A stretch of 64,000 bases of DNA from Minisyncoccota bacterium. GTDB taxonomy: Bacteria; Patescibacteriota; Minisyncoccia; Phycocordibacterales; WO2-35-19. Below are positions 9,271 to 19,047 of this stretch, piece by piece. Under the pieces are notes generated by a model. The model was not told the DNA's origin. It made no database searches and saw nothing but the letters and a program-made list of their open reading frames with translations. The translations under genes and the position numbers were made by a program. The DNA lies in NCBI GenBank assembly GCA_036517255.1, contig DATDXE010000015.1:14568-78567 (forward strand). The letters are read 5' to 3'. Numbering within the stretch: the first letter of the stretch is position 1; each line of letters opens with the position of its first letter.

Positions 9271-11184
9271 ATGTGTGGCATTGCTGGATATATTGGAAAT
9301 GGAGGCAATAAAGACAAACTAAAGGCAATGGCCAAAGCGTTAGAGAGGCGTGGGCCAGATGATGAGGGGTTTTATGAGACAAGTAGTGAAGGAAAAAAGG
9401 TAGGCTTCGCTTTCAGACGACTTTCTATAATAGATGTAGCAGGAGGTCACCAGCCTATTTCAAACGAAAATGGTGATGTGTGGGTGATGTTAAATGGTGA
9501 AATTTATGACTTCAAGCCTCTGCGAGAAAAACTATTAAATTTGGGGCACCAATTTAAAACTCAATCAGACACAGAAGTTATCGTTCACGCTTACGAAGAG
9601 TGGAGTGAAGAATGTTTTAAAAAATTGGACGGGATGTTCGCCATCGCTATTTGGGACTCGAAAAAGCAAAAGTTGACTCTAGCTCGCGATAGGCTTGGTA
9701 AAAAACCTCTTTATTACACTATTCAAAAAAATACCGGGGAAAGTACAATGTGGTTTGCTTCTGAACTAAAAGCCCTGATTGCGGTGGGTGCTTTCAAAAA
9801 AGAAATTGATCCTGAGTCTTTGAATTTATATTTCAGGACTGAAGCCGTGCCGACCCCTAAAACCATCTTTAAAGAAGTTTATAAATTAGAGCCAGCCACC
9901 TCTCTTTCTTTTGTTGATGGGAAAATAACGAAAAATAAATTCTGGAACTACCCGACAGAAACCATAGAAAACTTAGGCGCAGAAAATGTAGTAGAAGAAT
10001 TAGGAAAAAGGATAGATGAAAGTGTAAGAAAAAGATTGGTTTCTGACGTACCTCTAGGGCTTTTCCTTTCAGGAGGGCTTGATTCAGCGATAGTGGCAGA
10101 AAGCGCAAGTAGACAACACCCAGGGCTAGAAGCTTTCACCCTAGGATTTGAAGACAAAACTTATGACGAAACAGAGAATGCCAAAATAATAGCAAAAACT
10201 TTGGGTCTCAAACATCATATTGAGATTCTTTCAGAAGAAAAAGCTCTGGCCGTTTTAGAAGACGCAATAAATTTACTTGATGAGCCACTCGCTGACCCAT
10301 CTATTTTACCCCAACTTCTACTTTCAAAATTTACTAGAGAAAATGTGACTGTCGCTCTCTCTGGAGATGGAGGCGACGAACTACTCCTCGGTTACCAACA
10401 CATCCCCGCTCATATATGGAGAGAGAGATTGGATTTTCTGCCAGGAGCTTTTTGGAATATGAGTAAGAAAATTTTAAACACAGTGCCATCGGGAAGTGGC
10501 TATTTTAGTTTGGGGTTCAAAACTCAAAGACTTGCTCGCGGGCTTGATTTGGAAAACCGTCTTGAAAGAGATGCGACATGGCGAGGCGCATTTGATCAAG
10601 AAACTTTACAAAAGTTACTAAAGATGACCTTTGGGCTACCGCACCAAGGGTCATCTTTAGTAACTAACGAAGCTGAAAATATTTTAAAAGCTTACGCATC
10701 TGAAACTTCAAATCCTGAGAGTTGGTCAGCATGGAGCTGGGCATATTTAAGAACATTCCTCATGGACGACGTATTGGTGAAAGTAGATAGAGCAACCATG
10801 TGGCACTCTCTCGAAGCCCGCGCCCCACTCTTGGATACGAATGTTGTATCTTTTCTTTTGAGTTTACCCGATGAATACAAATTAGGAAAATACAGAGACA
10901 AAAGATTATTTAAAGAAATACTAAAGAAAAGATTGCCTGAATCTATTTTGAACGCCTCCAAACATGGCTTCGGTGTCCCTATTTCTAAATGGCTAAATGG
11001 GGTTCTAAAAAATAAATTGCTAGAAGTTTCTGACCCAGAATTTCTAAAAAAACAAAATTTATTTGATTCTTCAGCAATAGCAAAATTAATAAAAGAGCAT
11101 GCCGCAGGTGGTAAAGATCGCCGCAAAGAACTTTGGGCCTTTTTATGTTTCCAAATGTGGTACATTAGATGGCACATAAAATAA
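9271..11184 (+). CDS. asnB: asparagine synthase (glutamine-hydrolysing) family amidotransferase
   Basis: MCGIAG, RGPD, RLSIID, NGEIY, LSGGLDS, SGDGGDEL, KVDR..M.HSLEAR. Confidence 0.93.
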   Translation: MCGIAGYIGNGGNKDKLKAMAKALERRGPDDEGFYETSSEGKKVGFAFRRLSIIDVAGGHQPISNENGDVWVMLNGEIYDFKPLREKLLNLGHQFKTQSDTEVIVHAYEEWSEECFKKLDGMFAIAIWDSKKQKLTLARDRLGKKPLYYTIQKNTGESTMWFASELKALIAVGAFKKEIDPESLNLYFRTEAVPTPKTIFKEVYKLEPATSLSFVDGKITKNKFWNYPTETIENLGAENVVEELGKRIDESVRKRLVSDVPLGLFLSGGLDSAIVAESASRQHPGLEAFTLGFEDKTYDETENAKIIAKTLGLKHHIEILSEEKALAVLEDAINLLDEPLADPSILPQLLLSKFTRENVTVALSGDGGDELLLGYQHIPAHIWRERLDFLPGAFWNMSKKILNTVPSGSGYFSLGFKTQRLARGLDLENRLERDATWRGAFDQETLQKLLKMTFGLPHQGSSLVTNEAENILKAYASETSNPESWSAWSWAYLRTFLMDDVLVKVDRATMWHSLEARAPLLDTNVVSFLLSLPDEYKLGKYRDKRLFKEILKKRLPESILNASKHGFGVPISKWLNGVLKNKLLEVSDPEFLKKQNLFDSSAIAKLIKEHAAGGKDRRKELWAFLCFQMWYIRWHIK

Positions 11185-11195
11185 AAAGATAAAAA

Positions 11196-12530
11196 ATGAG
11201 GTACAAAACATTCCTAATACCAGCTTTCATTGCCTTCCTCCTCGCCAGCTTTTATATAGTAAAAAGTCCTGGAGTAATAGAAAGTGACGCCAAAGAGTAC
11301 GATGATTTGGCCATTTCCATTTTAGATGGCAAATTTGAACTAGCTGGCGAGGTCAGTATGGAAAGAGAACCGGCCTACCCCCTTTTCCGCGCTATCCTAA
11401 AAATTATAAAAGATAGTCCAGGTTTTATACTCTGGGTCCAAGCTATCATATATTTCTTCAGCATCTTTTTAATCGGCCTGACTATGAGCAAAATTGATCC
11501 TGAAAAGGGACACTTCGCTGCCTGGGGAGCAGCTCTCGCTTACGGACTAGCCTTCTACCCTTCGGTTCACATTTCTGAAACATTAGTCGCTTTCCTCCTC
11601 GCGCTCATAGGTTATAACCTTATGGAGGGGATAGAAAAACATTCTTGGGTCTATTTCGTAAATATAGCTATATTTTCTTCTTTCTTACTCCTCACTCGTT
11701 ACACATATATCCTAGTGCCTATCGCAGCATTTTTTATTTTATTGAAATACACCAAAGAGAAACTAAAAGTTTATATGGGTTTTCTGATAATTTTATGCCT
11801 TGTTACTCCTTGGGTGGTGAGAAATTATAAACAGTTTGGTGAATTTAATATGGCCGGTCGCTCTGGCGGCATACTTTATGCAAGAGCTTTGAGAGCTGAC
11901 GCTTCCTGGCGAAGCTTAGGCGATAGTTACCTCTCTGCTTTAGTAGGTCGGGGTATATTATTTACAATCTATCCGAATAATCAATCCATCTGGCTTGAAC
12001 AGTGGGGAGATTGGTGGAGAGACAAAGAAACCATAAGAGAAATGTGGGGTGAAGGCCGTATTGAAATAGATAGGAATAGAAAAGAGGCCGCTTTCGATAT
12101 TATTTTTAAAGATTTTAATACTTTTGCAAAGTTTGTAGCTTGGACTGGAGTCGACGAATTACGCTTGCTCCAATTACCAAACCCCATCTTTCAAGCAGGA
12201 GGTTCACCTATCGAAGGTACTTATGGGGTCGAGGCTCAAAATACCAACCTCTCTGGTTTAAAATTGGGAGCTCTCGGTATCACTCATCTAATCCAATTAA
12301 TTTGGTTTATAGTCGTTATATTTAGTACATGGATTGGATTTAAAAAATACGGACTGAAATTCCTACCAGGAATTTTCCTGATTTGTGTACTCCTACCTCA
12401 CAGTATCGCCGACAATATCGCTAGGTACGGAGCTCCATTGCAACCATGGCTCCTTTCTGGTATTTTTATGACGCTTTTATACCCACTAAAAACACATGTC
12501 TTTAAGCGTCATAATACCAGCCTTCAATGA
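11196..12530 (+). CDS. polytopic membrane protein, GT-C/ArnT-like glycosyltransferase
   Basis: Many TM segments; DAKEYD, REPAYPLF, PWVVRNY. Confidence 0.7.
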   Translation: MRYKTFLIPAFIAFLLASFYIVKSPGVIESDAKEYDDLAISILDGKFELAGEVSMEREPAYPLFRAILKIIKDSPGFILWVQAIIYFFSIFLIGLTMSKIDPEKGHFAAWGAALAYGLAFYPSVHISETLVAFLLALIGYNLMEGIEKHSWVYFVNIAIFSSFLLLTRYTYILVPIAAFFILLKYTKEKLKVYMGFLIILCLVTPWVVRNYKQFGEFNMAGRSGGILYARALRADASWRSLGDSYLSALVGRGILFTIYPNNQSIWLEQWGDWWRDKETIREMWGEGRIEIDRNRKEAAFDIIFKDFNTFAKFVAWTGVDELRLLQLPNPIFQAGGSPIEGTYGVEAQNTNLSGLKLGALGITHLIQLIWFIVVIFSTWIGFKKYGLKFLPGIFLICVLLPHSIADNIARYGAPLQPWLLSGIFMTLLYPLKTHVFKRHNTSLQ

Positions 12531-13365
12531 AGAGAACGCTATCGCCGATACTATTAAGCGTATCCAAAATCTAGGAAGGAAAGAAAATAGAGAAATAGAA
12601 ATCATAGTGGTTAACGATGGTAGTAGCGACACAACAGCGGAAATCGCTAGAAGCTCTGGGGCTAAAGTGATAGATCACCCAGAAAATGGGGGCTATGGCC
12701 TCTCAATTCAACATGGCATAGAAGTTGCTTCTCACTCCCTCATAGGCATTACCGATGCAGATGGCACCTACCCAATAGAAGAATTCCCCAAGTTAATTCA
12801 AATGGTCGAGGTGCAAGGCTTCGATATGGCAGTAGGAGCAAGGACAGGGAGTGAACACAAAAAAGGGTTATTTAAATATCCGGCCAGGATAATGTTTCGC
12901 CTCCTTGCCGAATATGTTTCCGGTCGACGAATTCCAGATATAAATTCCGGGCTTCGAGTGATGAAGAAGGATAAACTTTTGATGCATTACGAAAGAACTT
13001 GTCTTGGTTTTTCCTTCACTACCTCTATCACCCTCATTTTTATGCTCAAGGGATATTTCGTGGGCTATACTCCGATTCCATATGCTAAAAGAGTAGGTAA
13101 CTCGAAAATCCGTCACTTCAGGGACACATTACGCACTGCTCAAATCATGATCTCTGTCATTGCACACCACAATCCCCTGAAACTTTTTTTGCTTCTCTCC
13201 ATGATGAGCACTCTATTTTCCTTGGTATGTTTTGCCATTGGCACCACAACCACATTTTATTTGTTTTCAGTGATCGGCTCTGTCCTCATCGGCGGCGTGC
13301 CCATCATCCTCGCCCTCGGCTGCCTTGCCGAACTCTTTCGCCTTAGTAGCGACAAAGGTATCTAA
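12496..13365 (+). CDS. GT2 glycosyltransferase with C-terminal TM helices
   Basis: SVIIPAFNEE, VNDGSSD, TDADGTY, DINSGLR. Confidence 0.9.
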   Translation: MSLSVIIPAFNEENAIADTIKRIQNLGRKENREIEIIVVNDGSSDTTAEIARSSGAKVIDHPENGGYGLSIQHGIEVASHSLIGITDADGTYPIEEFPKLIQMVEVQGFDMAVGARTGSEHKKGLFKYPARIMFRLLAEYVSGRRIPDINSGLRVMKKDKLLMHYERTCLGFSFTTSITLIFMLKGYFVGYTPIPYAKRVGNSKIRHFRDTLRTAQIMISVIAHHNPLKLFLLLSMMSTLFSLVCFAIGTTTTFYLFSVIGSVLIGGVPIILALGCLAELFRLSSDKGI

Positions 13366-13370
13366 AAATT

Positions 13371-14345
13371 CTATTCTTTTTGATATTCAAAAGTAATTTT
13401 GGAAATATCACCAATAATTTTCTCCAGATTTTTAAAATCGGAACCTTTGGTCATGATACAAATAAAATAAGGTTTTTTGGGTAAATAAACTATGCCGCAA
13501 TCGTGCAATTCATGGTAATTCCATGCGCCATCTTTATAAAGACCACTCTCACCAAATTTGTGAGCTATCACTACATCTTCCGGCACCCCCTGCCTTAAAC
13601 CTTTATCGAAATTGGTGTAAGTGAGTAATTGAAGAGCTTGCTCCGAAATCGATCTAGGCAAATAGGTGCCATTGTATAAGACTCTAAATATACGGGAATA
13701 GAGTTTGGCAGACAAAAAATCTTCACCCAGTTTAGCCGTTTCAGGCAAACGCAAATGTTTATAGAAATCTAATATTTCATTCGAATGTCCTTTAACTAAA
13801 AGTGGAGCTATGACATTATCGGAATTTACTATCATTTGCTTGATAAGATCAGAAGCACTGTAAAGACCATCAGGAAAAGTTTTGGATTTATAAAACTGCC
13901 CAGGATAATCTTCCTGTTTATAATAGAATTTCTGATTTAAGATACTTGGATCGTCTTTGGCTAGTTTGAGATACACCACCATTATGGCCACTTTCAACAT
14001 ACTGGCGGGAGCATATAGTTCATCTTCGTTCACACCGGTCCACTTACTAGTATTCATGTCTCTAAAATAAAAAGATGTTTTCTCTGCCTCTCCCTTCTCC
14101 ATAGCCTCATCTATGTATTTAGAGACTTGGTTTTTCAGAGGATCAAGTTCTGGAAAATCTTCTTCAGCATTGTCTAGAAATAGAAAAGGATTTATATATT
14201 TATATTCTGTTGAATCCTCTCTTACCGGTATAGACGATGCTTCTCCGATAACCCCCCTCTGCTCTAAATAAATATTCCCGAACCAACCAAAAAGAACGAG
14301 TAAGCTACCGAGGAACATATTTTTATAATTTAATATCTGGTGCAT
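13371..14345 (-). CDS. membrane-anchored serine hydrolase, class A beta-lactamase-like fold
   Basis: SxxK (ASMLK), SDN and HKFG motifs; N-terminal TM helix; start uncertain. Confidence 0.8.
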   Translation of the reverse strand: MHQILNYKNMFLGSLLVLFGWFGNIYLEQRGVIGEASSIPVREDSTEYKYINPFLFLDNAEEDFPELDPLKNQVSKYIDEAMEKGEAEKTSFYFRDMNTSKWTGVNEDELYAPASMLKVAIMVVYLKLAKDDPSILNQKFYYKQEDYPGQFYKSKTFPDGLYSASDLIKQMIVNSDNVIAPLLVKGHSNEILDFYKHLRLPETAKLGEDFLSAKLYSRIFRVLYNGTYLPRSISEQALQLLTYTNFDKGLRQGVPEDVVIAHKFGESGLYKDGAWNYHELHDCGIVYLPKKPYFICIMTKGSDFKNLEKIIGDISKITFEYQKE

Positions 14346-16047
14346 TTTGGCAATCATAAATAAAAGCATTCATATAACGATCGCGAGCTTCATATATTTT
14401 TTTACACGAATCAAAATACTTTCGATAAATACTATTCGGATCGACAGGAGGAGCATCGATTTCGAGGTAGTGGCCGGAGAAATTATTGATAGTTTCTATT
14501 TTTTGATTCTGATCAAAAATTGGCGAAGTATAAAGGCGTTTTTGATATTTACCAGTTTGCATTATTTCCCTGCCACCATTGTCATTGTAAACGACCACTT
14601 TTTTTATATCAGAATTATTTTTAATAAATTCCGCTGCATCACGCACAAGAGCTGGAGCATATCCGTTTATTTTACCGAATGTATATTCTTCAATAAATAC
14701 AGCGTTATAAAATAGCCCTAGAATCAAGAAGGCAACCCAAATTTCTTTTTGCAAATTCTTCTTCCATAAATACAACCCCGTGAACACTGCCCCCAAAATC
14801 CAAGATAGGGCAATAAAAATAAAAGAAACATAGAAAGTAAGAGGCCCAGAGCCACCGCTAAATGGATACAGGAAATTCCAGTTGAAAGAAAGTATCCTGT
14901 CTATCCACTCTGCCTTAGGGTGCAATGCTGGGACATATTGGTCTAGAAATTGAGTAAGGAAAACGAAGAAAACACAAAGCAGAAAAATTATTTTGCTAGC
15001 GTGCCTTCGTAGGAGCGACGGCGACGAAGAGAGAAAATTTTCAGCAGAAAATACTCCAGCAATAATACAAAGTGGCACAATCATGAATTGGAAGTAACGA
15101 TCCAGAGCTCCAGCTGAAAAATCGAAAAGAATGAGATAGAAAATTAATCCAAGTGCTAAGAAGAGATGAAATAATTTTAAGTCTTTACTATACGGCGATC
15201 CCACTTCGCTAAAGCTTCGCGGGACAAGCAAGGAAATAAGAAAAGATAAAACTAAAAATGGAGACAGATAAAATAGAGCTTTCACAAACTGGATACCGCT
15301 TTGGAAGAAATTCCTGCTGCCGAAGCCTTTCATAAAAGTTTCAGAGTAAGCTATTATTTTTTGCAAATCGAAACCTGGGAAAAGTTTTTGGGCTACAAAC
15401 ATAAGTAAGGCAACTAAAACAGCAAAAGAGATTAACCCACTTAAAGCATATAAAATGTTTTTACGATTAAGTTTTTCTTTATGATTCCAAACAAAATCGA
15501 GAATTAAGGCTCCAATAACAAGAGCAAAACTAAACTTAACCAACATTCCTAAGATGAGAGCGGCCACGAGCAAGCCACCAAATAAAAACTTTTTATTGCC
15601 AGTAGAAGAACTAAAATAATCATAAAACAAAATAGAAAGAAGAAAGAAGAAAGGTAGCACTGCCCCATCAGTATCTATCATAAGCGAAGCTAGAACTGAG
15701 AAAAATGAAAGAGCAAAAAATAGAGAAGACCAAAGAGCCGCCCCTACCCCGTACCGACGACGCACAATAATATAAATTAAAGTCAGGTTAATAAGAGAGA
15801 ATATAAGTGGCGTAACTCTAAAATTCTCATCTCCAAAAAAGTTCCGAGTAGCCCTATAGATGGCTTCACTAAGTGGAGGGTGTGGAATAACCCCCGGTTC
15901 AGTCAGTTCCGGATTTACAATTATCGGCCACTTGTATTCATCTTGGTGATATGGAGCGTGGATAGCAGGTAACCTTAAAGCAAAAAACAAAATAATGATA
16001 CCGAAGAACAACAGATATTCCTTTTTATTAGAAACAAAAGCCTGCAT
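14323..16047 (-). CDS. polytopic membrane GT-C (ArnT/PMT-like) glycosyltransferase
   Basis: HQDE and HPPL motifs after the first TM helix; many TM segments. Confidence 0.75.
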   Translation of the reverse strand: MQAFVSNKKEYLLFFGIIILFFALRLPAIHAPYHQDEYKWPIIVNPELTEPGVIPHPPLSEAIYRATRNFFGDENFRVTPLIFSLINLTLIYIIVRRRYGVGAALWSSLFFALSFFSVLASLMIDTDGAVLPFFFLLSILFYDYFSSSTGNKKFLFGGLLVAALILGMLVKFSFALVIGALILDFVWNHKEKLNRKNILYALSGLISFAVLVALLMFVAQKLFPGFDLQKIIAYSETFMKGFGSRNFFQSGIQFVKALFYLSPFLVLSFLISLLVPRSFSEVGSPYSKDLKLFHLFLALGLIFYLILFDFSAGALDRYFQFMIVPLCIIAGVFSAENFLSSSPSLLRRHASKIIFLLCVFFVFLTQFLDQYVPALHPKAEWIDRILSFNWNFLYPFSGGSGPLTFYVSFIFIALSWILGAVFTGLYLWKKNLQKEIWVAFLILGLFYNAVFIEEYTFGKINGYAPALVRDAAEFIKNNSDIKKVVVYNDNGGREIMQTGKYQKRLYTSPIFDQNQKIETINNFSGHYLEIDAPPVDPNSIYRKYFDSCKKIYEARDRYMNAFIYDCQNAPDIKL

Positions 16048-16099
16048 TTACAATCACATAATACCAAATCTGCCCTCCAAATGAAGTCTCTCCTCTCCC

Positions 16100-16180
16100 T
16101 TGCAAAATAAGCTGTATTATGCTATAATAATGACTAGATTCTTAAAAATTCGTCCCAATACTGGGACAATACACAAGGAG
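16100..16180 (+). promoter_or_regulatory. cassette B promoter, leader hairpin and Shine-Dalgarno
   Basis: TTGCAA(16100)-17 nt-TATAAT(16123, preceded by TGn); hairpin GTCCCA-ATAC-TGGGAC; AAGGAG at 16175-16180, ATG at 16189. Confidence 0.75.
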
Positions 16181-16188
16181 AAGTATCC

Positions 16189-16593
16189 ATGGAAAATAAA
16201 GACCCGTATATGAACCGGCTAAAGTTGATAGGACCCCGAAAGGTAAAGAGGGGGGACAGGCTCATCGTCCAGACGAGGGGGGGAGGTAGTTTCAGTGGTG
16301 AACGGATCATCACGCTCCTCAAGAACCAAGAGCGGCGAGTCTACCCTCGCATCGGAACAGTGATCAGCTTTGCTGGTCCTGTAGAAGTGATCGGCTCGCG
16401 CGGCAGTGCTGCCGGCGGGGCAAGATCGCCTGGCGGCGTCATCGATGAAAGAATCGCGCGTATCACTAGCCGACAGGTACCTGACAACCCTAAGGAGTCA
16501 GCCCCTTGCCTGGAATTTCTGGGAAGTGGGCTGACACTGTTTCTCCACTTCATCCATCCGGGACAAGTAGCCCGCGTGTTGAAGGCTTCCTAG
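16189..16593 (+). CDS. orphan hypothetical protein (cassette B)
   Basis: 134-aa GC-rich ORF on the opposite strand to its flanks, with its own promoter, SD and terminator. Confidence 0.7.
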   Translation: MENKDPYMNRLKLIGPRKVKRGDRLIVQTRGGGSFSGERIITLLKNQERRVYPRIGTVISFAGPVEVIGSRGSAAGGARSPGGVIDERIARITSRQVPDNPKESAPCLEFLGSGLTLFLHFIHPGQVARVLKAS

Positions 16594-16613
16594 AGCCTCG
16601 CAGTTCCCTCCCC

Positions 16614-16650
16614 GGCCGTGCACACTTCGTGGTGCACGGCCATTTGTTTT
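16614..16650 (+). terminator. intrinsic terminator of cassette B
   Basis: GGCCGTGCAC..GTGCACGGCC followed by ATTTGTTTT. Confidence 0.8.
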
Positions 16651-16667
16651 GGTATTTTAGATGAGGT

Positions 16668-17312
16668 TTATTTCTGACTTACAAACAGCATCTGCCCTGC
16701 AAAAGGTTTCCAAGGAGAATTTATATAGAATCGGACAATAAATTTAAGTAAGGAATTTGGAATGATGGAAGAATTGGAACGCATAGAGAAAGGCAAAAAA
16801 CACGGCATCTTAAGAATTATTTTCATATCATGAGAGAGTAAGAAGCTTTCCAAAGCGGCATCACTAAAAACTTTTTTATGAGTCGGATCGTCAAAATAAT
16901 TAGCGGGCTGCAAACGGTAATTTGGTTGCATCAAAATTAACTTGCCTCCATTTTTCAAAACCCTCTTCACTTCCCCCATCACTTTCCCTAACTCCTCATC
17001 TGTAAAATGCTCAAATAAGTTACTGGCATGCACTACATCAACCGAAGCCTCCGGAATCAAAGCTAGATCCCAAGCCGGTGCCTTGATCAAGGTAATACCT
17101 GGGGCAGCGTAATTTGAAAGCTCAGGCGAAGTATCAATCGCGTATTTTTTGCTGGCTTTTATATTATTTATAAAATCACAATAACCTGCGCCCAAATCAA
17201 CCACCGTCGCCTCTTCTGGAATGTATTCTGATTCAAACTTAGTAATTTCCTTCCAAACAATGGAACGCCTGGCATCGAAAGTGTACCTGGATTCATAATA
17301 TTTATCTGTCAT
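16668..17312 (-). CDS. class I SAM-dependent methyltransferase
   Basis: VVDLGAGY; SNLFEH; RVLKNGG. Confidence 0.88.
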   Translation of the reverse strand: MTDKYYESRYTFDARRSIVWKEITKFESEYIPEEATVVDLGAGYCDFINNIKASKKYAIDTSPELSNYAAPGITLIKAPAWDLALIPEASVDVVHASNLFEHFTDEELGKVMGEVKRVLKNGGKLILMQPNYRLQPANYFDDPTHKKVFSDAALESFLLSHDMKIILKMPCFLPFSMRSNSSIIPNSLLKFIVRFYINSPWKPFAGQMLFVSQK

Positions 17313-17314
17313 GT

Positions 17315-18028
17315 TTATATTTTTTTAAAGAAGTATCTGATAATAACAGGAATCATCTTTATTCCCAATTTAGCCGCTTTCCATACACTCCCAGTATAAG
17401 TAGAACGGCCTATTCTTTCTTTATATATAATGGGTACTTCAATTACTTTGAGGTTGCGGCGCAAAATCCATATCATAAGCTCGGGAGAAAAAGTGCCGTC
17501 CCCTTTTGATAAAGGGAACAGGTCTTTTATTTTTTCCAAAGCTCCCCTATTTAGCAATTTATAAGTACAGCCAACATCGGTTAGTACTGGGCCATTGAAA
17601 AGAACTTCAATAAATTTAGCCCAGAGCCAGTTGGCGAAGCGTACCGGGAAAGGCATGAAGGCTCCCGACCAAATGGCAGCGCGCGAAGTACGAGTGCCGA
17701 AAACAACATCGAATTCATCGCTATAGGCTAGCAATTTTTCTATATCCTTCGGCTGGAAAGTGCCATCAACCTCAGTCAAAACGATAAGATCCCCTGTTGC
17801 CTCTTGCATTGCTCGCATATAAGCATGGCCATAACCCTGCTTAGACTCACGTATTTGGACGGCTTTGGTTTTAGCAATTTCTTCCTCAGTATTACCAAGG
17901 GCATTGTTATTCACAGCAATAACTTCATCCACTATGCTAGTAGCAAAATATTGATCAATAATGGCGCGAATACTCTCCGCTTCATTATAAGTACCAAAAG
18001 CCACACTTACTTTTTTGCCTTTATACAT
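17315..18028 (-). CDS. GT2 glycosyltransferase
   Basis: TYNEAESI, QGYG, EVDGTF, TDVGCTYK. Confidence 0.88.
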   Translation of the reverse strand: MYKGKKVSVAFGTYNEAESIRAIIDQYFATSIVDEVIAVNNNALGNTEEEIAKTKAVQIRESKQGYGHAYMRAMQEATGDLIVLTEVDGTFQPKDIEKLLAYSDEFDVVFGTRTSRAAIWSGAFMPFPVRFANWLWAKFIEVLFNGPVLTDVGCTYKLLNRGALEKIKDLFPLSKGDGTFSPELMIWILRRNLKVIEVPIIYKERIGRSTYTGSVWKAAKLGIKMIPVIIRYFFKKI

Positions 18029-19047
18029 GTTTCTAGTTTCCCTATTAAAGCATTTAAACTGTGATTTTGGAATACATAATCTCTCAATTTTTGAGAAACT
18101 TCTCTCTTCATATTTTCATCAGCTTTGAGCCAGAATTCTATTTTTTCTGCTATTTTATTTGGTTCTAACTCTATTATTAAATCTTTGAATGCCTCAGCGC
18201 CAGATAAAGAAGTGTTAACAATAATGGGTAATGAGCCACAAGCTGCGGCTTCTAAAATGGTTTTGTCGAACGAGCCAGAAGGGGTAAGATTTAAGAAAAT
18301 CTCATATTTAGAATAAATTTCGGGAGTCTCATAATTTGGAACACTTGGATAAAAATTGACCAGTCCGTCTCCTGTTAAATCCTTGTTCTCCTCTACTAAT
18401 TTTTTCTTATAATCCACATCTCCCAGATTAGCTGGGTCACCCACGATATCCAAGACAAAATTTACCCCCCTCTCTCTCAAAATCCTAGCAGCTGCAATAA
18501 TTATATGTAAATTTTTAACCAGCGAAATCCTTCCGAGAGATAAGATCGAATTTTTTCTTCTTTCCATCTTTCCATCTTTAAATAAATCAGTATCAATCCC
18601 CACCGGCATCAGAACAGTCTTCTTAAATTTAGCAGTATAAGAATCTCTAGAAGTACAGAATACTTTTTCTGAAAGTAAAACTGCAATACGAGTGAGCAAA
18701 TTACCTTTTTTATGGTTTCTCCAAAGATATATTTTTTTACTCAAAATTTTCCAAAACAATCCACCAAGCAAAATATATTCCTGATTCATATGGACGAAAA
18801 CAGAAGAATAATTTAAAGAAAAGAAGCAAAGATGGAAAAATTTAAAAATGTATTTAAGTTTGTTTCCACCATGTTCTTTGCCAAGAGAGTAAACTTGGAC
18901 GTTAGAAGGTAAGTCATAAACACCCTTCTGTAAACAGATTACGGATACAGATTCAAATTTCTCTGCGAACTTGGCGAGCCAACCATGAAAAAAACCAAGC
19001 ACAGGATCGTCCCTATCGACTTTTTGAGTAATTATAAGTAGCTTCAT
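18007..19047 (-). CDS. GT4 glycosyltransferase
   Basis: LGRISLVKN; GSFDKTILEAAACG. Confidence 0.88.
   Translation of the reverse strand: MKLLIITQKVDRDDPVLGFFHGWLAKFAEKFESVSVICLQKGVYDLPSNVQVYSLGKEHGGNKLKYIFKFFHLCFFSLNYSSVFVHMNQEYILLGGLFWKILSKKIYLWRNHKKGNLLTRIAVLLSEKVFCTSRDSYTAKFKKTVLMPVGIDTDLFKDGKMERRKNSILSLGRISLVKNLHIIIAAARILRERGVNFVLDIVGDPANLGDVDYKKKLVEENKDLTGDGLVNFYPSVPNYETPEIYSKYEIFLNLTPSGSFDKTILEAAACGSLPIIVNTSLSGAEAFKDLIIELEPNKIAEKIEFWLKADENMKREVSQKLRDYVFQNHSLNALIGKLETCIKAKK

Noticed and set aside
13371-14345. Antibiotic-resistance beta-lactamase
   Set aside because: Only fold-level motifs are present (HKFG rather than KTG, membrane anchored); a cell-wall serine hydrolase is at least as likely.
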